A DNA stretch of 64,000 bases from an uncultured Actinomycetes bacterium. GTDB taxonomy: Bacteria; Actinomycetota; Thermoleophilia; Gaiellales; JAICJC01. A model generated the notes under the pieces. It had not been told where the DNA came from, did no database searches, and saw only the letters and a program-made list of their open reading frames with translations. The stretch is taken from positions 14,238 through 78,237 of the forward strand of contig CAVWLK010000087.1 of assembly GCA_963755675.1 (NCBI GenBank). Reading direction: 5' to 3'. Shown piece by piece: positions 1 through 10,886 of the stretch; positions within the stretch are counted from its first letter, which is position 1, and each line of letters starts with the position of its first letter. The position numbers were made by a program, and so were the translations under genes.

Positions 1-161
1 CGGCCTGTGCGACGATGGGGTCTGAAGAGAGGCTGGGCGAGGATCGCAGGCCGCTGTTGCAGGTGGCTCACCGGCCACCTCTGGTGTGCACTGAACGTAT
101 GACCCCTCCGTCGCCATCCGGGCGGCGGAAAATGGTCGTGCTGTCAGACGACTGCCTGAAC

Positions 162-277
162 GGGACCAAAGATTCGCCGCCCCGGCTTGCCTTCCGTCCC
201 CCAACCGAACCGTGTTTCGAGTCGCCTCTACGATCCGTCCGACTGGCTTCAACCTACTCGGCTGCCCTGAGCGGCGC
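162..277 (-). ncRNA. Mirror copy of structured RNA element C
   Basis: Reverse complement of 10887-11002; its promoter is mirrored at ~285-313. Confidence 0.5.
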
Positions 278-387
278 AGAAGGAAAGGTACGCGACCCGG
301 AACTGGAAAGCAAGCGAAAATATGCATATTCTCAACAGGCTACCGGCAACTGGGGCGAGTGCACGGGCTGACGCCTAGACTCACGCC

Positions 388-2058
388 ATGACCGACCTCT
401 CCCGACGGCTGGCCGTGGCGCGCGGCGACGAACCGGCCGTGTTGGTCCTGCGCGGCGGACGCGTGCTGTCGGTCCACACCCGCGAGTGGTTGGACGCCGA
501 CGTGGCCGATCTGGCGATGGCTGGGATTGCCGCAGTCGCCTCCTACGCCGGCCACCAGGCTCATCGAAGCCGGAGGTCGCCACGTCGCGGCCCGGGTCGG
601 ATCGACGCCCATATGCACCTGGAGTCGTCGCTGCTGCTGCCGGCCGAGTTCGCCGAAGCTGGTGTTTCCGTTCGGCACCACCACGGTGGTCGCCGACCCC
701 CAAGAGATCGCCAACGTGCTCGGCACCGAGGCGTGCACTGGCTGATCGACGCCTGCGAGAACTGCCGCTGGACGGTCTTCAGGGCCCCGCCAGCGTGCCC
801 GCCTCCAGGCTTCGAGTCGCCGCGCCGGCCCCTGACCAAGGGGACCTCGAGGGCCTCCTGCGGCGTCGGCGGGTGCTCGGCCTGGCCAAGATTGAACTTC
901 CCGGGCCTGATCGCGGGCGCTCCGTCCGAGCTGGCCAAGCTGGCCCTCCGGGGTGCGGCGCACGTCGACGGCCATGCCCCGGGCGTGCTCCGCCCGCTCT
1001 TGCAGGCCTACGCGGCCGCCGGCATCGGCTCCGACCATGAGTCGACCACAATCGAGGAGGCTCGGCAGCGTTTGCGGGCGGGTATGAGGTTGCTGATCCG
1101 TGAGGCGTCCGGCGCTCGCAACCTGGAGACCCTGCTGCCGCTGATCGGCGAGCTGGGCCCGGCCAGGATCGCGTTCTGCACCGACGACCGCGAGCCGTCC
1201 CAGATCGTCGGGGACGGCCACATCAACTCGATGGTGCGGCGCGCGGTCGAGCCGGGCGTCGACGCTGGACGCGCTCACGATCGCCTCCCGGAACGCCGCC
1301 AAGTGGCACGGCCTGTCCGATCGCGGCGGTCGCGGCCGGCCACCGCGCCGACCTGCTCCTGCTTCCCGACCTGGAGCGATTTCTGCCCGACCTGGTGCTG
1401 AAGGACGGCCGGCCGCAGGTCGCCGCGGCAGCGTGCCGAATGGGCGAGCCGCACCGTGCGCGTGCAGCCGATCTCCCCCAACGAGCTGCACACGCCCTCG
1501 GACGGCCCCCCGATCCGCGTGATCGGGATCGTCCCAGAGCCAGATCGTGACCGAAAAGCTGGTGGAGCGGCCGAGGCTGCGCGAGGCCTGGCGGTCGCGG
1601 ACGCGGATCGCGACCTGGCCAAGATCGCGGTGGTCGAACGGCATCTGGGCAAGCGGCCGGACCGGGCTCGGCTTCGTACGCGGGCTCGGCTTGCAGCCGC
1701 GGCGCAATAGCCTCACCGTCGCTCACGATGCCCACAACATCGTCTGCGTCGGCGTCGACGACGGAGACATGGCGGTGGGGCGCCTGGCCGAACTGGGCGG
1801 CGGCATGGTGGTGGTGCCGGCCGCGGCGTTCGCGCCGAGCTGCCACTGGCGATGGCCGGGCTCTTGTCGATTGCCGTCGGCGGCGTGCTCGAGGAGAGCC
1901 GGGTTGCTCGCGGCGGCGGCTGCGGACCTCGGCTGCGAGATCGTTGCGCCGTTCCACGCGATGGCTTCCTGGCGCTGTGGGTGATCCCTGCGTCAAGATC
2001 ACCGACCGCGGGACTGGTGGACGTGGAGCGGTTCGAGCTGGTACCGCTGGCCGGCGAA
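388..2058 (+). pseudogene. ade: Adenine deaminase, frameshifted mirror copy
   Basis: MTDLSRRLAVARGDEPA, IDAHMHLESS, DGHAPG, AFCTDD and AHDAHN occur across several frames; mirrors 9074-10765. Confidence 0.85.
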
Positions 2059-2067
2059 CCGCAACGT

Positions 2068-2180
2068 GAAAGAGATTCGCCGCCCCGGCTGGCCTTTGGT
2101 CACCCAGCCGAACGAACGTTCGAGTCGCCTCTACGATCCGTCTGCGGGGTTCACCCTACTCGGGTGCCCTGAGCGGCTCA
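2068..2180 (-). ncRNA. Degraded mirror copy of RNA element B
   Basis: Reverse-complement similarity to 8952-9066. Confidence 0.4.
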
Positions 2181-2355
2181 GAAGGAAACCTCGCAGGCCG
2201 GCGGGACTTGGAAAGCAAGGGATAATTCCCGCTGTTTCGCGGCTCAGAACAGCAACGAGGTAGCACCGGCGGAACGGGTGTGACCTTGGTCGCGGCTCGC
2301 GGAGGGGCCAGACTCGGTCGCTGCCACATGCGCCGTCGAGCTCGCGCGCTCTCAC

Positions 2356-2472
2356 GGGACCAAAGATTCGCCGCTCCGGCTGGCCTTTGGTCCCCCAGCC
2401 AACGAACTTTCGAGTTGCCTCACGTATCTGTTTCCGTCTGGCTTCAACCTACTCGGAGCTGCTGAGCGGCGC
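2356..2472 (-). ncRNA. Mirror copy of RNA element A
   Basis: Reverse-complement similarity to 8651-8766. Confidence 0.45.
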
Positions 2473-2549
2473 AGAAGGAAAGGTACGCGACCCGGAACTT
2501 GCAAAAGAAGTGGATAATTGCGGCTATTCAGCCCTGGCAACAGGCGCCG

Positions 2550-3150
2550 TCACGGCTGGTAGTAGGGATTGGTGCCAGCCGCGTGGTCGGTGACGTCGAC
2601 CACCGTGATCTCAGGCACCGCAGCCCGGATCGCGGACTCCACACCCTGCTTGAGCGTCGCGGCGGCCATGCCGCAGCCTGACGCACCGCCGCCGAGGCGC
2701 AAGGTGGCGCGGCTGTCCTCGACCGCCACCAGCTCGGCGCTGCCGCCGTGGGCAGCGATCGCCGGGTTGACCTGCAGCTCGAGCACTTGGCGCACGCGGT
2801 CGGCGACGGGCCCTGCAGCTCCGGCAGCGGCCCCATCCAAGCGCAGGGCTGGCCGGCATCGGCGCCTTGGGGTTGTCGATCACCAGGCCGCCGCCCAGCG
2901 CACCGTCCACGTCGATGGTGGCTGATCGAGCGCGGGAGCGTCCAGCCGCGGCACCACGATCGTCAGCCGGGCAGTTCGACCACGAGGTCGGTCTCGTCGA
3001 TCTCGTCGCGACGGAGGAACGACATGTCGTACTGATACGCGTTGCCGGCGACGCCGACGATCTCAACCCACAGGCGAGCTCGTCCGGCTCGTGCTCCTGG
3101 GCGCGGGCCTCGATCACCCGCTCGATCGCGGTGCGTACGGCGATCGCCAT
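2550..3150 (-). pseudogene. NfuA/NifU-family protein, frameshifted mirror copy
   Basis: VNPAIAAHGG...DVTDHAAGTNPYYQP; mirrors 7953-8564. Confidence 0.85.
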
Positions 3151-3173
3151 GCCCGAAGGATAGCCGCCGGGCT

Positions 3174-5514
3174 TCATGCTGCTTCGCGGCGAACGCATAG
3201 AGCCCCTCGATCTCTGCGCCGGACCGGCCGGCTGAACAGGAAGCCCTGGCCGAGCGGGCACCCGTGTCGATCAGGAAGCGGCGCTGCTCCTCGGTCTCGA
3301 TGCCCTCGGCGAGCGGCTGCAGGCCGAGGCCCTGGGCCAGCTGGATGATCGTCGCGACGAGACCGCCGGGCCGCGGTCGCCGGGCAGGTCGGCGATGAAG
3401 GAGCGGTCGATCTTGAGCGTCGTCACCAGCATCTGGTTCAGCCGGGCGAGCGACGAGTGGCCGGTGCCGAAGTCGTCGATCGCGAGTCGCAGGCCGCGTT
3501 CGTGCAGCTCGGCCAGCATCGGCTCCGAGCGCGTGCGGGTCGGACATCACCGCCGACTCGGTGATCTCCACCATCATGCGGTCGGCGCTCAGGCCGAAGC
3601 GCTCGATCGTCGCCAGCACCTGGCGCATCGCGGTCGGCTGCCAGAACGACGGCCGGCAGGTTGACCGAGACGTAGAGGTCGAGCCCGGCCGCGCGCCACT
3701 CGGCGCTCTGGCGGCAGGCCTCCTCGATCACCCAGTCCGAGATCGGCCCGATCAGGCCGGTGCGCTCCGCCAGCGGGATGAAGTCGCCCGGCATGACGAG
3801 CCCGCGCTCCTGGTCCGCCAGCGGATCAGCGCCTCGGCGCCGACGACCGCGCCCGACTCGCAGCGCCACCAGCGGCTGATAGTGCAGCATCAACTCGTCC
3901 CGCTCGACCGCCCGCCGCAGCCGTCCGGCCATCGACAGCTGTGCGCGTGGTCGTGGCCGCTGGCGGAGAACAGCTGGTAGCCGTCGCGGCCCGACTCCTT
4001 CGCCTTGTACATCGCGATGTCGGCGTGCTTCAGCAGGCTCTCCGCGTCCGACGCGTCTCCCGGATACAGGCTGATGCCGACGCTGGCGCTGGTGTAGATC
4101 TCGGTGTCCGGCAGCACCAACGGTCGCTGGAGCGCCTCGCGCACCTGCTCCGCGACTCGACGGGCGGCGTCGCCGACGTCGATCTCGCGCGCCGGCCTCA
4201 TCGGTCTCGACGTCGGCGATCAGGATCAGGAACTCGTCGCCGCCCTGACGCGCGACGACGTCGTGGCGCGAGTGGCGCCACGAAGCCGGGTCGCCACCTC
4301 GCACAGCAGCTGGTCGCCGGCGCTGTGGCCGAAGCTGTCGTTGACAAGCTTGAAATCGTCGAGGTCGACATAGAGCACGCTGACGCCGCGTCCCGTCGCG
4401 CTCGGCTCGGGCGAGCGCCACCTCGAGGTGCTCCTGGAACAGGATCCGGTTGGGCAGCGAGGTCAGCGGATCGTGGTAGGCCAGCCGCTCCAGCTCCAGC
4501 TCGGCCCGGCGGCGGTCGGTGATGTCCTCGCCGACGGAGGCGGTGCCGGTCACCTGGCCATCGGCGTCGCGCAGCAGCGTGTTGTTCCACGAGAACAGCC
4601 GCCGCTCACCGGCACGGGTGATGATCGAGCTCTCGTAGTGGGCCATGATCGACCCGGCGGCGACCAGGCGCTCCGCTCGCTGCTCGAGCTCCAGCTCGTC
4701 GGGTGGTGTAAAGGTCTCGTTCCAGAGACGGCCGATCAGCTCGTCTTCCCACCAGCCCGACAGCTCGGCCAGGTACTCGTTGCAGAAGGTGATCCGGCCC
4801 GCGGTGTCACAGGTAACAGCCGCCAGGCGGACGTTCTCGAGCATCTCGCGGAAGCGCGCCTCCGATGCCAGCAGCCCGGCCTCGGCCTCCTTCTGCTCCT
4901 TAACGTCCAAGATCACTCCCTGGATGAACTGCGGCACACCGGCCTCGTCACAGACGGCCACAGCGTCGTCGCGAACCAGCGGCGTGCGTCCATCCAGACG
5001 GATCATGCGGTAGGAGGCGCTGTAGGGGCGGCCGTTGCGACCGTGACACGGTAGTCGGCGATCGTGTGACGGTCGTCCGGTGCATCCGTTCTCCCACCCG
5101 TCGAAGCCGTCGAGCCATTCCTCGGCGGGAGCCCCCACCATCTCCACGATCTGCGGGCTGACGTAGTCGGCTGACGCTACCGGCCAGATCGACGTACGTC
5201 ACGGGGCAGGTTCTCGACCAGCGCTCCCAGCCGGCTCTCCGCCTTGCTGTCGTTCGGCCTGTAACACCGCGTCGTGGACGGCGGCCGCGACCACGTCGCA
5301 GAGCGCGCCGAAGAACTCCATGTCTTCGTCCCAGTCACGGTCACGGACGTCGGCGATCTCCATCAACCCGATCGGCTCGCCGCGCGAACCAGCGGCAGCA
5401 TCAGCATCGATCGGTAGCCGAGATTTTCCAGATCGTGCGTCGGCCAGGGTCGGACTGGATCGCCGGTACGGATGATGACCGGCGCCCCCTCCTCCATCAC
5501 ACGACGCGGATCCG
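3174..5514 (-). pseudogene. GAF-PAS-GGDEF-EAL protein, frameshifted mirror copy
   Basis: [25 protein letters not shown] and LAEGIETEEQ fragments in several frames. Confidence 0.85.
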
Positions 5515-5519
5515 CGCAC

Positions 5520-7929
5520 GCCGACGAGGGGAGTTCCGCTCGCCGGCTACCGGACTCCGCGGCGGGTGATGGAGGAGCGGGCGCCGGTCATCATCCGTAC
5601 CGGAGATTCCCAGGCCGACCCTGCGGAGCGCGCGATACTGGAAAATCTCGGATACCGATCGATGCTGATGCTGCCGCTGGTGTCGCGCGGCGAGCCGATT
5701 GGGTTGATGGAGATCGCCGACGCCCGTGATCGCGAGTGGGACGAAGACTTGAAATTCTTCCGTGCCCTCTGCGACGTGGTCGCTGCCGCCGTCCACAACG
5801 CGGTGTTACAGGCAGAGCAACAGCAAGGCGGAGAGCCGGGCTAATGAAGCGCTGGTCGAGAATCTGCCCGCCGTCACGTACGTGGATCTGGCCGGCAGTG
5901 GCGATCCGATCTACGTCAGCCCTCAAATCGCGGAGATGATGGGGATCCCCGCCGAGGAATGGCTGGACGGATTCGACGGGTGGGAGAAGCGCATGCGCCC
6001 GGACTACTGTCACACGATCGCCGAGTACCGTGTCAACGGTCGAGTACCGGTCGCCCCTACAGCGCCTCCCTACCGGCATGATCGGCCTTGACGGCCGCAC
6101 CCGCTGGTTCCGCGACGATGCCGTGGCCGTCCTGCGATGAGGCCGGTGTGCCGCAGTTTCATCCAGGGCGTGATCTTCGACGTTACGAAGCAGAAGGAGG
6201 CCGAGGCCGGGCTGCTCGCATTCGGAGGGCGCGCTTCCGCGAGATGCTCGAGAACGTTCGCCTGGCGGCTGTTACCTGTGACACCGCGGGCCTGGATCAC
6301 CTTTCTTGCAACGAGTACCTGGCCGAGCTGTCGGGCTGGTGGGAAGACGAGCTGCATCGGCCGTCTCTGGAACGAGACCTTTACACCACCCGACGCGCTG
6401 GAGCTCGAGCAGCGAGCGGAGCGCCTGGTCGCCGCCGGGTCGATCATGGCCCACTACGAGAGCTCGATCATCACCCGTGCCGGTGAGCGGCGGCTGTTCT
6501 CGTGGAACAACACGCTGCTGCGCGACGCCGATGGCCAGGTGACCGGCACCGCCTCCGTCGGCGAGGACATCACCGACCGCCGGCGGGCTGAGCTGGAGCT
6601 CGAGCGGCTGGCCTACCACGACCCGCTGACCGGCCTGCCCAACCGCGATCTGTTCCAGGAGCACCTCGACGTGGCGCTCGCCCGGCCGAGCGCGCGGCAC
6701 GCGGCGTCGCCGTGCTCTACGTCGACCTGGACGATTTCAAGCTGGTCAACGACAGCTTCGGCCACAGCGCCGGCGACCAGCTGCTGTGCGAGGTGGCGCC
6801 GCGGCTGCGGAGCGTCACCCGCGCCAGCGACGTCGTCGCGCGTCAGGGCGGCGACGAGTTCCTGATCCTGCTCGCCGACATCGAGCCGAGCGGCCGCGCG
6901 GAGGTCGACGTCGCCGAGTCGCCGCGGCGGATCGCGGAGCAGCGTGCGCGACGCGCTGCAGCGGCCGATCGATGCTGCCGGACACCGAGATCTACGTCAG
7001 CGCCAGCGTCGGCATCAGCGTCTATCCGCGACGACGCGGCGGACGCCGAGACCCTGCTCAAGCACGCCGACATCGCGATGTACAAGGCCAAGGAGGCGGG
7101 CCGCGACGGCTACCAGCTGTTCTACGCGCCAGCGGCCGCGACTCGCGTCGCGCAGCTCTCGCTCGCCGGCGCGGCTGCGGCGCGGCGATCGAGCGCGACG
7201 AGCTGCGTGCTGCACTACCAGCCGCTGGTCGAGCTGCGAGCGGCGCAGGTCGTCGGCGCCGAGGCGCTGATCCGCTGGCAGGACCGCGAGCGCGGGCTGG
7301 TCATGCCGGGCGACTTCATCCCGCTCGCCGAGCGCACGGGCCTGATCGGGCCGATCCGCGACTGGGTGATCGACGAGGCCTGCCGCCAGAGCGCGACGTG
7401 GCGCGCGGCCGGCCTCGACCTGTACGTCTCGGTCAACCTGCCGGCCGTGCTTCTGGCAGCCGACCGCGATGCGCCAGGTGCTGGCCACGATCGAGTCGCT
7501 TCGGCCTGAACGCCGACCGCATGATGGTGGAGATCACCGAGTCGGCGCGTGATGGCGACGCGCGCCGACTCGAGCCGATGCTGGCCGAGCTGCACGAGCG
7601 CGGGCCTGCGACTCGCGATCGACGACTTCGGCACCGGCGACTCGTCGCTCGGGCGGCTGCAACCAGATGCCGGTGACGACGCTCAAGATCGACCGCTCGT
7701 TCATCGCCGACCTGCCGGGCGACCGCGGCGCCGCGGTGCTCGTCGCGACCATCATCCAGCTGGCCCAAAGCCTCGGCCTGCAGCCGCTGGCCGAGGGCAT
7801 CGAGACCGAGGAGCAGCGCCGCTTCCTGATCGAGCACGGGTGCCCGCTCGGGCAGGGATCCTGTTCAGCCGGCCGGTCCCGGCCGGCCAGATCGAAGCGC
7901 TCTACCACGGCCGCCGCGAAGCGGCATAA
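5520..7929 (+). CDS. GAF-PAS-PAS-GGDEF-EAL diguanylate cyclase/phosphodiesterase; 5' end lost at the fold-back, several frameshifts
   Basis: GAF (LGYRSMLMLPL), PAS (YVSPQI; FSWNNTLLRD), YHDPLTGLPNR, RASD I-site, RQGGDEF, EALIRW, IDDFGTG, LKIDRSF, AEGIETEEQ. Confidence 0.9.
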
Positions 7930-7952
7930 AGCTCGCGGCTATCCTTCGGGCC

Positions 7953-8564
7953 ATGCCGATCACCATCACGGCACCTGCGATTGAGCGGGTGATCGAGGCC
8001 CGCGCCCAGGAGCACGAGCCCGACGAGCTCGCTCTGTGGGTTGAGATCGTGGGCGTTGCAGGTAGCGCGTACCAGTACGACATGTCGTTTCTTCGCCACG
8101 ACGAGATCGACGAGACCGACGTCGTCGTCGAACTGCCCGAGCTGATGATCGTGGTGCCGCGGCTGGACGCCCCGGCGCTTGATCAGGCCACCATCGACGT
8201 GGACGGTGCCCTGGGCGGCGGCCTGGTGATCGACAATCCCAAGTCGCCCATGCCGACCAGCCCTGCGCTCTCGATGGGGCCGGTGCCGGAGCTGGCGGGG
8301 CCCGTCGCCGACCGCGTACGCCAAGTGCTCGATCTGCAGGTGAACCCGGCGATCGCTGCCCACGGCGGAAGCGCCGAGCTGGTGGCGGTCGAGGACAGCA
8401 GCGCCATCCTGCGCCTCGGCGGCGGATGCGTCGGCTGCGGCATGGTGGCTGCGACGCTCAAGCAGGGTGTGGAGTCCGCGATCCGGGCTGCGGTGCCTGA
8501 GATCACGCGGGTGGTCGACGTGACCGACCACGCGGCTGGCACCAATCCCTACTACCAGCCCTGA
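7953..8564 (+). CDS. nfuA: Fe-S cluster carrier, NfuA-like (A-type N-domain plus NifU C-domain)
   Basis: Intact 203-aa ORF with VNPAIAAHGG and GGCVGC (CxxC). TATCCT lies 7 nt before the ATG (leaderless). Confidence 0.85.
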   Translation: MPITITAPAIERVIEARAQEHEPDELALWVEIVGVAGSAYQYDMSFLRHDEIDETDVVVELPELMIVVPRLDAPALDQATIDVDGALGGGLVIDNPKSPMPTSPALSMGPVPELAGPVADRVRQVLDLQVNPAIAAHGGSAELVAVEDSSAILRLGGGCVGCGMVAATLKQGVESAIRAAVPEITRVVDVTDHAAGTNPYYQP

Positions 8565-8614
8565 CGGCGCCTGTTGCCAGGGCTGAATAGCCGCAAACAG
8601 CGCCAATTATCCAC

Positions 8615-8643
8615 TTGCTTTCCAGTTCCGGGTCGCGTACCTT
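8615..8643 (+). promoter_or_regulatory. Sigma70-type promoter of RNA element A
   Basis: TTGCTT (8615-8620), 17-nt spacer, TACCTT (8638-8643). Confidence 0.7.
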
Positions 8644-8650
8644 TCCTTCT

Positions 8651-8766
8651 GCGCCGCTCAGGGCAGCCGAGTAGGTTGAAGCCAGACGGACGGATCGTAG
8701 AGGCGACTCGAAAGTTCGTTCGGCTGGGGGACCAAAGGCCAGCCGGAGCGGCGAATCTTTGGTCCC
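8651..8766 (+). ncRNA. Candidate structured small RNA, copy A (~116 nt)
   Basis: Closing stem CGCCGCTC/GAGCGGCG, internal stems, GAG-GCGA-CTC apex, own promoter, three copies. Confidence 0.65.
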
Positions 8767-8807
8767 AGTGTGAGCGCGCGAGCTCGACGGCGCATTCGCG
8801 CTTAACC

Positions 8808-8820
8808 GGGGTCTGACCCC
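8808..8820. repeat. GGGGTCTGACCCC REP-like palindrome
   Basis: The same 13-mer occurs twice more at 52535-52564. Confidence 0.6.
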
Positions 8821-8915
8821 CTCCGCGAGCCGCGACCAAGGTCACACCCGTTCCGCCGGTGCACTCTTCCTCCGTTGCCTGCTTCGGATACGCGCAAACA
8901 GCGGGAATACTCCAC

Positions 8916-8944
8916 TTGCTTTCCAGTTCCGGGTCGCGTACCTT
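8916..8944 (+). promoter_or_regulatory. Sigma70-type promoter of RNA element B
   Basis: TTGCTT-N17-TACCTT, identical to copy A. Confidence 0.7.
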
Positions 8945-8951
8945 TCCTTCT

Positions 8952-9066
8952 GCGCCGCTCAGGGCAGCCGAGTAGGTTGAAGCCAGACGGACGGATCGTA
9001 GAGGCGACTCGAAAGTTCGTTCGGCTGGGGGACCAAAGGCCAGCCGGAGCGGCGAATCTTTGGTCC
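8952..9066 (+). ncRNA. Candidate structured small RNA, copy B
   Basis: 8911-9066 is identical to 8610-8765 (301-bp period). Confidence 0.65.
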
Positions 9067-9073
9067 GGGTCGG

Positions 9074-10765
9074 TTACGCCTGCAGCGGTACCAGCTCGAA
9101 GCGCTCCACGTCGACCAGTCCCCGGTCGGTGATCTTGAGCGCCGGGATCACGGACAGGGCCAGGAATCCCATCGCGTGGAACGGGGCCTCGATCTCGCAG
9201 CCCAGCGTCCGCACCGCGTCCGAGAGCAGCCGGCTCTGCTCGAGCACGACCGCGAGCGGCTGATCGGACACGAGCCCGGCGATCGCCAGTGGCAGCTCCG
9301 CCCGCACGCCGCGGGCGTCGACCACCACCATGCCGCCGCCCAGCTCGGCCAGGCGCCCCACCGCCCGGGCCATGTCACCGTCGTCCATTCCGACGCAGAC
9401 GATGTTGTGCGCGTCATGAGCGACCGTTGAAGCTATTGCCCCACGCTGCAACCCGAAGCCGCGTGCGAAGCCGAGCCCGATCCGGCCGCTTCCCAGATGC
9501 CGCTCGACCACCGCGATCTTGGCCAGGTCGCGATCCGCATCCGCGACAGCCAGGCCGTCGCGCACGGTCGGCGTCTCGACCAGCGACTCGGTCACAATCT
9601 GGCTTTGAATGAGGCCGATCACGCGGATCGGCGATCCGTCGGACGGGGTGTGCAGCTCGTTCGAAGAGATCGGCTGCACGCGCACCGTGCGGCGCGCCCA
9701 CTCGGGCGCGGTGGCCGCGGCGACCTCGGGCACCGGCCGTCCATCCTTCAGCACCAGATCGGGCACAAATCGCTCCAGGTCGGGAAGCAGGAGCAGGTCG
9801 GCGCGGTGTCCGGCGGCGACGGCGCCGCGATCGGACAGGCCATGCCACGTGGCGGCGTTGTGGGAGGCGATCGTGAGCGCGTCACGAGCGTCGACGCCCA
9901 GCTCGACCGCCCGCCGCACCATCGAGTTGATGTGCCCCTCGCGGGCGATCTGCGACGGCTCGCGGTCGTCCGTGCAGAACGCGATCCTGGCCGGGCCCAG
10001 CTCGCCGATCAGCGGCAGCAGGGCGTCCAGGTTGCGGGCGGCCGACGCCTCCCGGATCAGCAACCACACGCCGGCCCGCAACCGCTCGCGGCCCTCCTCG
10101 ATTGTGGTCGCCTCGTGGTCGGAGCGGATCCCCGCCGCAACGTAGGCCTGCAGCCGCGGGCCGAGCACGCCGGGGGCATGGCCGTCCACATGCGCCGCGC
10201 CGCGGAGGGCCAGCTTGGCCAGCTCCGACGGGGCGCCGCCAATCACCCCCGGGAAGTTCATCATCTCGGCCAGCCCCAGCACCCGCCGACGCCGCAGGAG
10301 ACCCTCAAGATCCCCTTCGGTCAGGGGCCGGCGTGGCGACTCGAACCTGGAGGCGGGCACACAGGACGGGGCCATGAAGAAGACGTCCAGCGGCAGTTCG
10401 GCGCAGGCGTCGATCAGCCAGTGAACGCCATCGCTGCCAAGCACGTTCGCGATCTCGTGGGGGTCGGCGACGACCGTGGTGGTGCCGAACGGCAACACCA
10501 GCTTCGCGAACTCGTCCACCAGCAGCAGCGAGGACTCGAGATGCATGTGGGCGTCGATCAACCCGGGCACGACGTGGCGACCTCCGGCTTCGATCGTCTG
10601 GTGGCCGGCGTAGGAGCCGACTCCGGCGATCCAGCCATCGCAGATCGCCACGTCGGCGTCCAACCACTCGCGGGTGTGGACCGACAGCACGCGTCCGCCG
10701 CGCAGGACCAGCTCGGCCGGTTCGTCGCCGCGCGCCACGGCCAGCCGTCGGGAGAGGTCGGTCAT
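9074..10765 (-). CDS. ade: Adenine deaminase
   Basis: Intact 563 aa with DAHMHLESS, DPHEIANV, EMMNFPG, DGHAP, SDHE, FCTDD, AHDAHN. TAGACT lies 6 nt before the ATG. Confidence 0.95.
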   Translation of the reverse strand: MTDLSRRLAVARGDEPAELVLRGGRVLSVHTREWLDADVAICDGWIAGVGSYAGHQTIEAGGRHVVPGLIDAHMHLESSLLLVDEFAKLVLPFGTTTVVADPHEIANVLGSDGVHWLIDACAELPLDVFFMAPSCVPASRFESPRRPLTEGDLEGLLRRRRVLGLAEMMNFPGVIGGAPSELAKLALRGAAHVDGHAPGVLGPRLQAYVAAGIRSDHEATTIEEGRERLRAGVWLLIREASAARNLDALLPLIGELGPARIAFCTDDREPSQIAREGHINSMVRRAVELGVDARDALTIASHNAATWHGLSDRGAVAAGHRADLLLLPDLERFVPDLVLKDGRPVPEVAAATAPEWARRTVRVQPISSNELHTPSDGSPIRVIGLIQSQIVTESLVETPTVRDGLAVADADRDLAKIAVVERHLGSGRIGLGFARGFGLQRGAIASTVAHDAHNIVCVGMDDGDMARAVGRLAELGGGMVVVDARGVRAELPLAIAGLVSDQPLAVVLEQSRLLSDAVRTLGCEIEAPFHAMGFLALSVIPALKITDRGLVDVERFELVPLQA

Positions 10766-10850
10766 GGCGTGAGTCTAGGCGTCAGCCCGTGCACTCGCCC
10801 CAGTTCCGGTTGCCTGTTGAGAATATGCGGAAAATGCGAGAATTATCCGC

Positions 10851-10879
10851 TTGCTTTCCAGTTCCGGGTCGCGTACCTT
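10851..10879 (+). promoter_or_regulatory. Sigma70-type promoter of RNA element C
   Basis: TTGCTT (10851-10856), N17, TACCTT (10874-10879). Confidence 0.7.
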
Positions 10880-10886
10880 TCCTTCT

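Noticed and set aside
388..5514. Left-arm genes as a second functional paralogous cluster
   Set aside because: Every gene is multiply frameshifted and the arm is an exact positional mirror folded mid-gene.
8651..8766. Assignment of the repeat to c-di-AMP, c-di-GMP-I, T-box, FMN, SRP or a self-cleaving ribozyme
   Set aside because: Only short word matches (GGGGGACC, GGCGAATC, AGGGCAG). Motif order and core consensus are missing, and there is no downstream gene.
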